Shown: piece by piece, positions 59,140-64,000 of the stretch
Position numbering within the stretch: position 1 is the stretch's first letter
Layout of the letters: every line of letters starts with the position of its first letter
Assembly (NCBI GenBank): GCA_026129255.1
Contig: JAHCIJ010000002.1
Span: 785,087 to 849,086 of the forward strand
Direction of reading: 5' to 3'
Length of the DNA: 64,000 nucleotides
From: Anaerolineales bacterium
GTDB lineage: Bacteria > Chloroflexota > Anaerolineae > Anaerolineales > UBA11579
Translations under genes and position numbers: made by a program
The notes under the pieces: generated by a model
Seen by the model: the letters and a program-made list of their open reading frames with translations, nothing else
Database searches by the model: none
Told to the model about the DNA's origin: nothing

Positions 59140-60738
59140 ATGAATACTCAACTTGTGATGAACAAGCGCGCATTATACCAGCCAGCCCTTCGTGGGCTAT
59201 TTTTGCTTTTCGCCTTGGTGCTGCTGGCCGCTTGCAGCCCCGCGGCCGCGCCGCCGCAGATCGAAGTAGCTGTACTGGCCGACGGCCAGCACAGCACGGT
59301 GCGCGTGGCGGCTGGCAGCCGCGTCAGCACGGCGCTGCAGGCCGCTGGCGTGGCGCTGGGGTCGCTGGACCGCAGTGAGCCGCACAGCCTGGCGCAGTTG
59401 GCCGAAGGCGATGAAGTGCGCGTCATCCGTGTAGAAGAAGCCTATGAAGTGGCCGAGCAGGCCATTCCATTTATCTCGCGTACCTTGCAGAACGAAGCCA
59501 TGGGGGTGGGGGAGCAGCGTATGATCCAGAACGGGGCCAACGGCCTCGAAGAAGTGACCTACCGTCTACTGTACGAAGATGGCGAGCTGGTCTCGCGCAC
59601 TGCGGTGCGCTCGCAGGTGGTGACGCCGCCTGTGGAAGAGATCGTCATGATCGGTGCGCAATCGCCGTTCAGTGCGCTCACCATCCTGGGGCGCCTGACC
59701 TTCCTGGCGGGCGGCAACGCCTGGCTGTTGGAGAGCAACACAGGCTCGCGGCAAGCCGTGGTCACCACGGGTGATCTCGACGGCCGCATCTTTGAAATTT
59801 CGCCCGATGGGGAATGGCTGCTGTACACGCGTGCCAGCGAGGACGCCGAGCAGATCAACGCCTTGTGGGTGGCCAGCCTGGATGATTATCGCCAGATCGA
59901 TCTCGGCGTAGGCAATGTGGTGCACTATGCGGGCTGGGTGCTACCGCCTTCGGCGATTGGCGGCAGCACGCAGATCGCTTTTTCCACTGTGGAGCCGAGC
60001 CCGAACCCGCCGGGCTGGGCGGCCAACAATGATCTGCAGTTCATCAACTTTACGCCAAGTGGCGATGTAACCGCAGCGCGCCAGGGGCTGCCCACGCGTA
60101 GCACGGATAGTTTGTACAGCTGGTGGGGTTCGGCCTTCGCCTGGAGCGCGGATGGCGAGACGCTGGCCTTCACCCGGCCAGATGGCGTGGGCGTGGCCGA
60201 TGTGGATACCGATCGCCTGCAGACCCTGCTGTCGCTGACCCCGTACCAGACCAACAGCGATTGGGCTTGGATGCCGAGCCTGGCCTGGGGTGCAGATGGC
60301 TGGCTGTACACCGTGGACCACGCCCCGCAGAGCGGGCTGGAGGTGCAGGAACGCTCGCCGTTGTTTGACCTGGTGGCCCTCTCGCCGCAGGGCGAGCTGC
60401 GCCGCCTGCTGCAGAACGTAGGCATGTTCGCCAACCCGGTGCCCGAGCCGGGCGGCGGACAGGTAGCCTTCCTGCGCTCCTTCACGCCCACGCAGAGCGA
60501 GATCAGCAGCTACGAGCTGATGGTGTTGGCACCGGACAGCGGCGTCACCATGACCCTGTTTCCGCCGCAAGGCGCCGCTGGCCTGCAGCCGCAGCGGGTG
60601 GCCTGGGCGCCTGCTGCTGACGCCGGCCCGATGCTTGCCTTCGTGTATCAGGGCAACCTGTGGGTGGCCAACGTGCTCACGGGCGAGGCGCGCCAGCTCA
60701 CCGGCGATGGCCTGGTGGGGGCGGTAAGCTGGAAGTAG
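59140..60738 (+). CDS. Secreted lipoprotein with a G5 domain and a C-terminal beta-propeller-like region
   Basis: Lipobox ALVLLAAC, then a G5-like block (EQRMIQNGANGLEEVTYRLLYEDGELVSR). This is followed by repeated W/D-rich beta strands (TolB-like). Confidence 0.6.
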   Translation: MNTQLVMNKRALYQPALRGLFLLFALVLLAACSPAAAPPQIEVAVLADGQHSTVRVAAGSRVSTALQAAGVALGSLDRSEPHSLAQLAEGDEVRVIRVEEAYEVAEQAIPFISRTLQNEAMGVGEQRMIQNGANGLEEVTYRLLYEDGELVSRTAVRSQVVTPPVEEIVMIGAQSPFSALTILGRLTFLAGGNAWLLESNTGSRQAVVTTGDLDGRIFEISPDGEWLLYTRASEDAEQINALWVASLDDYRQIDLGVGNVVHYAGWVLPPSAIGGSTQIAFSTVEPSPNPPGWAANNDLQFINFTPSGDVTAARQGLPTRSTDSLYSWWGSAFAWSADGETLAFTRPDGVGVADVDTDRLQTLLSLTPYQTNSDWAWMPSLAWGADGWLYTVDHAPQSGLEVQERSPLFDLVALSPQGELRRLLQNVGMFANPVPEPGGGQVAFLRSFTPTQSEISSYELMVLAPDSGVTMTLFPPQGAAGLQPQRVAWAPAADAGPMLAFVYQGNLWVANVLTGEARQLTGDGLVGAVSWK

Positions 60739-60807
60739 GGCGAATCTGCCGCAGATGCGTCGCTTCGCCACGCCCGCAGATAAAGGCTGTTACAGAGCCT
60801 AAACTGC

Positions 60808-60909
60808 TTAACCACAAAGACACAAAGTGCACAAAGGTTAAGATATTGAAGGTTCTATCCGTGTTCATCTGCGTTTATCCGCGGTAATAGCATCTGTGTT
60901 CATCTGTGG
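60808..60909. repeat. Short dispersed-repeat-like modules (CACAAAG repeats; GTGTTCATCTG repeats)
   Basis: AACCACAAAGACACAAAGTGCACAAAGG, CCGTGTTCATCTGCG, and CTGTGTTCATCTGTGG. Confidence 0.5.
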
Positions 60910-60972
60910 ACGATTTCACAGCGTGTTAAAATAGGCGCCGTTAGCAACACTCAACACCAAAAGAGAGCGTAC

Positions 60973-61932
60973 ATGCGAATACTGGTAACTGGCGCTGCGG
61001 GCTTCTTAGGCTCGCATTTGTGTGACCGCCTGCTGGCTGAGGGGCATGAAGTTGTAGGGATGGACAATTTTGTCACCGGCAAGCCGGAGAACTTAGCGCA
61101 CCTTAGCACCAATGAGCGCTTTCTGTTCATCCGGCACGATGTTTCGAACTACATCTCCGTGCCCGGCAAGCTGGACGCGGTGATGCACTTTGCCTCGCCC
61201 GCAAGCCCCAACCCCAACTCGCCCATCGGCTATCCCAACTTGCCCATCCAGACCATGAAGGCTGGTGCGCTGGGTACGCACAACACGCTGGGCGTGGCGT
61301 TTGCCAACAAGGCACGCTTCATGCTGGCTTCCACCAGCGAGATCTACGGCGACCCGTTGGAGCATCCGCAGAAGGAAAGCTACTGGGGCCACGTGGACCC
61401 CATCGGCGAGCGCTCTGTCTATGATGAAGCCAAGCGCTTTGCCGAGGCGCTGACGATGGCCTACCACCGCTTCCACAAGGTCAATACTTGCATCGTACGC
61501 ATTTTCAATACCTACGGCCCGCGCATGCATGTGGACGACGGCCGCGCCGTGGCCAACTTCATCCAGCAAGCGCTGCGTGGTGAGCAGCTCACCATTTATG
61601 GCGATGGTCAGCAGACGCGCAGCTTTTGCTACGTCGATGACCTCATCGAGGGCATCTATCGCCTATTGGTTTCGGACATCCACGAGCCGGTCAACATTGG
61701 CAACCCGGATGAGATCACCATCGAACAGTTTGCGCAGGAGATCGATAGCCTAGTGGGCAATAACGCTGGGCTGGTGTATCAGGAGAAGCAATTCCTGCCG
61801 GGTGACCCGCTGCGTCGCCAGCCAGACATTGCGCGGGCGCGCGAGTGGCTGCAGTGGGGGCCAAGCATCTCCCTGCGGGATGGGTTGAGCAAGACGGTTG
61901 CATATTTTCGACAAGAGTTGGGGCTAAAGTAA
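60973..61932 (+). CDS. UDP-glucuronate decarboxylase (UDP-xylose synthase), SDR family
   Basis: [18 protein letters not shown] (the YxxxK motif), and strong overall UXS-like blocks. Confidence 0.9.
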   Translation: MRILVTGAAGFLGSHLCDRLLAEGHEVVGMDNFVTGKPENLAHLSTNERFLFIRHDVSNYISVPGKLDAVMHFASPASPNPNSPIGYPNLPIQTMKAGALGTHNTLGVAFANKARFMLASTSEIYGDPLEHPQKESYWGHVDPIGERSVYDEAKRFAEALTMAYHRFHKVNTCIVRIFNTYGPRMHVDDGRAVANFIQQALRGEQLTIYGDGQQTRSFCYVDDLIEGIYRLLVSDIHEPVNIGNPDEITIEQFAQEIDSLVGNNAGLVYQEKQFLPGDPLRRQPDIARAREWLQWGPSISLRDGLSKTVAYFRQELGLK

Positions 61933-61936
61933 ACCT

Positions 61937-62084
61937 GTCATTGTGAGGTGTGTGCTGCGCTGCTTCGCAGCGCAGACGAAGCAATCTACTATTCCGCCCC
62001 AATGCTTACAAATAGTAGTAAGTTAGCAACTGGCCGGGCGGATTGCTTCGTCAGCCTCGCTGCGCTCGGCTTCCTCGCAATGAC
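61937..62084. repeat. Hairpin element (GTCATTGTGAG ... CTCGCAATGAC termini) flanking the GIY-YIG gene on its 5' side
   Basis: Terminal and subterminal inverted repeats (ACGAAGCAATC / GATTGCTTCGT) and an inner hairpin CTGCGCTGC-TTC-GCAGCGCAG. Confidence 0.8.
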
Positions 62085-62095
62085 AGAAAGAGTAC

Positions 62096-62404
62096 TTGTG
62101 GATGTGGAGTAACCGAGAGTATTGCGTATACATCATGACCAATTGGAAGCATACGGTCTTGTATACAGGTGTCACCAACAATCTTGCTCGCCGTGTCGAG
62201 CAGCACAGAAACAAGCAGGGTAGTACATTTACCTCTCGTTATGGTGTGACCAAGTTGGTTTTTGTGGAAGTTGCGGATCAAATTCATGCTGCTATTGCAC
62301 GTGAAAAGCAAATCAAGGCTGGTTCACGGTAGGACAAGATTGATCTGATCACGCAACAAAATCCAGGCTGGAAAGATTTGTACGACGAATTCTTTGCAGC
62401 CTGA
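62096..62404 (+). pseudogene. Small GIY-YIG nuclease (UPF0213/YhbQ-like) interrupted by an in-frame TAG
   Basis: YCVYIMTN..HTVLYTGVTNNLARRVEQH...REKQIKAGSR-TAG(62330-62332)-DKIDLITQQNPGWKDLYDEF*. The post-stop peptide matches the family C-terminus (K.W.R..K..LI...NP.W.DL). Confidence 0.65.
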
Positions 62405-62414
62405 GTAAAAACAT

Positions 62415-62581
62415 GTCATTGCGAGGAGTACTGGTGATTGCATGCAATGCAATCACCAGACGGACGAAGCAATCTGGGAGATGGTTTTGATGTCAGTAAG
62501 GTATGCAATTGGGTGTGAGTTTGAATCTGTGCGGGAAGATTGCTTCGTCAGCCGCGCTTCGCTTGGCTTCCTCGCAATGAC
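62415..62581. repeat. Hairpin element flanking the GIY-YIG gene on its 3' side
   Basis: GTCATTGCGAGGAG...inner hairpin CTGGTGATTGCATGCAATGCAATCACCAG...ACGAAGCAATC ... GATTGCTTCGTC...CTCGCAATGAC. Confidence 0.8.
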
Positions 62582-62599
62582 AAATGAGCGAGGCCTCAA

Positions 62600-63055
62600 G
62601 TGACCGTGCGCAGCAAACGCCGCGAGCTCAAGCGCTTTGCGCGCTTCTCCACCGTGGGTGCCATTGGTGCAGTGGTGGATTTTGCCGTCTTCAACCTCCT
62701 GCTGAGCGTGATCGGCGTGGCGCCTTTGATCAGCCAGGCCGTGTCCTTTTTGGCGGCGGTGGCCAGCAACTTTATGCTCAACCGCAAGTGGACTTATCCG
62801 GACTCGCGTTCCAAGGCCATCGGCACGCAGATGGCGCAATACGGCCTGGTGAACCTGGTGGGCTTGTTCATCCGTACGCCGATCTTCAACTGGCTGGCCA
62901 GCGTGTTTGACCGCTGGGTGGTTGGCCGCACGATGCCGCTCGGTCTAAGCGCGTACTCCGTCTCGCACAACTTGGCGCTGGGCGGGGCGATCGGTATCGT
63001 GCTGTTCTGGAACTTTTTCATCAATCGCTTCTGGACCTATGGGGATGTGGAGTAA
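62600..63055 (+). CDS. GtrA-family membrane protein
   Basis: RFSTVGAIGAVVDFAVFNLL and a C-terminal FFINRFWTY; 4 TM segments; GTG start. Confidence 0.85.
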   Translation: MTVRSKRRELKRFARFSTVGAIGAVVDFAVFNLLLSVIGVAPLISQAVSFLAAVASNFMLNRKWTYPDSRSKAIGTQMAQYGLVNLVGLFIRTPIFNWLASVFDRWVVGRTMPLGLSAYSVSHNLALGGAIGIVLFWNFFINRFWTYGDVE

Positions 63056-63060
63056 GGAAA

Positions 63061-63135
63061 AGTGATTGGTGAACAAGTGAGCAGTGATTGGGAGAGCGCT
63101 TTCCCTGGTCACATATCGCTGATCACTCTGTACGT
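63061..63135. repeat. Inverted heptamer arrays 3' of gtrA
   Basis: GTGATTG GTGAACA AGTGAGCA GTGATTG GGAGAGC ... CTGGTCACATATCGCTGATCACTCTG. Confidence 0.75.
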
Positions 63136-63140
63136 TCGGC

Positions 63141-63181
63141 AAAAAAAGAGCACGAAGATAATTTCTTCGTGCTCTTTTTTG
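63141..63181. terminator. Bidirectional terminator between gtrA and the menA-like gene
   Basis: AAAAAAAGAGCACGAAG-ATAATTT-CTTCGTGCTCTTTTTT. Confidence 0.85.
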
Positions 63182-63197
63182 TGTGGTTAGTTTGCTT

Positions 63198-64000
63198 TTA
63201 CAGCCCCAGCAACCGCGCCAGCGAGTCGCTCCAGTAGATGCCCGCCGCCATGAGTAGGCCGGCAATGGCGTGCAGTTGGATGGTGGTGGCATTGGCGCGC
63301 GCCAGGCTGCGCTCACGGTACTCACGCAGGATGATGCGGCTGGTCTGGATGGCCAGCGGGGCAGCCGCCAACACCAGCAGCGCGCCGATGGGGAACAGGC
63401 CGCTCACCAGCGTCCAGTACAGCGCCAGGCCGAAGGCCGCCACCAACAGCAGGATGTAGCCATAACGGGCGCGCTCTTTGCCCAACACCACCACCAGGTT
63501 CTCTTTGCCGGTGGCCTTGTCGGCTTCCTCATCGGGGAATTGGTTGATCCACAGAATGGCGATGGTCAGCAGACCGATGGGCACACCCACCAGAAAGTCG
63601 GCCAGGGTGGCGCGGCCGGTGAGCGCGTACACCGTGCCCGCCACGGCCAGCGGGCCGAAGCTCAGGCCCACGGCCAGCTCGCCCAAACCCTTGCGGGCGG
63701 CCAGGCGCAGCGGCGGGGCGGTGTAGAAGTAAGCGAAGAACGCGCCCACCAGGCCGAAGGCCAGGATGCCGACGCCGCTTTGCAGCGTGAGCAGCACGCC
63801 GAGCACGCCTGAGACCAGCAACGCCAGCGAGCCAACCAGCAGCAGAGACTTCTCGCTCACCAAGCCGAGCTCGATGGAGCGGCTGCCGCCGGAGTAGGGC
63901 AGGAAGTAATCATTGTTGGCCGGGTCCGTGCCGCTGGTCCAGTCAAAATAGTCATTGAAGGTATTGGCCGACACATGCAGGAAGATGCCGGCGAACAGCG
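63198..64000 (-). CDS. UbiA-family prenyltransferase (MenA-like), 5'-truncated by the window edge
   Basis: NDYFDW..G.D motif, polytopic. The reading frame stays open to base 64000 (upstream residues ...LFAGIFLHV). Confidence 0.7.
   Translation of the reverse strand, partial: LFAGIFLHVSANTFNDYFDWTSGTDPANNDYFLPYSGGSRSIELGLVSEKSLLLVGSLALLVSGVLGVLLTLQSGVGILAFGLVGAFFAYFYTAPPLRLAARKGLGELAVGLSFGPLAVAGTVYALTGRATLADFLVGVPIGLLTIAILWINQFPDEEADKATGKENLVVVLGKERARYGYILLLVAAFGLALYWTLVSGLFPIGALLVLAAAPLAIQTSRIILREYRERSLARANATTIQLHAIAGLLMAAGIYWSDSLARLLGL

Overview
High-GC (about 65-70% in the lines I counted) bacterial chromosomal segment. Gene content and repeat style suggest a Chloroflexota-like organism, which is low-confidence inference. 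The backbone is ordinary housekeeping. It includes ftsQ-ftsA-ftsZ, nrdR-nrdJ, deoxynucleoside kinase, an M1 aminopeptidase, and a large SHMT-GcvT fusion. It also includes a split suf regulon (sufT-sufR on the minus strand; sufC-B-D-x-S-U-Rieske on the plus strand). Further genes are fadD, miaA, yraN, valS with a T-box leader, a DinB/SRAP/radical-SAM DNA-damage cluster, an aap-type amino-acid ABC transporter, scpB, UDP-xylose synthase, gtrA and a partial menA-like gene. tRNA-Val(TAC) and tRNA-Pro(GGG) are present. No rRNA, CRISPR array, transposase or integrase was seen. Three visibly AT-rich insertions interrupt the backbone. (1) 24.6-27.4 kb carries a C5 cytosine methyltransferase translationally coupled to a GHKL-ATPase with a C-terminal HEPN-type Rx4H domain; this is my best candidate for an undescribed defence system. 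(2) 7.98-9.86 kb carries a stand-alone SIR2-like protein with a helical-repeat C-terminus. (3) 45.9-46.5 kb carries a GIY-YIG-like ORF. Intergenic DNA is unusually structured. It contains heptanucleotide tandem arrays, often as inverted arms, and about 100-170 bp hairpin elements with GTCATTGCGAG...CTCGCAATGAC termini. It also contains a 288-bp tandem duplication built from those modules, and a small GIY-YIG gene with an in-frame TAG sandwiched between two such elements. Other oddities are an SRAP peptidase whose catalytic Cys2 is Pro, a SufD with a histone-H1-like Lys/Ala tail, and a shared palindromic operator candidate in front of sufR and sufC. All functional calls come from motif recognition by eye; no database search was possible.
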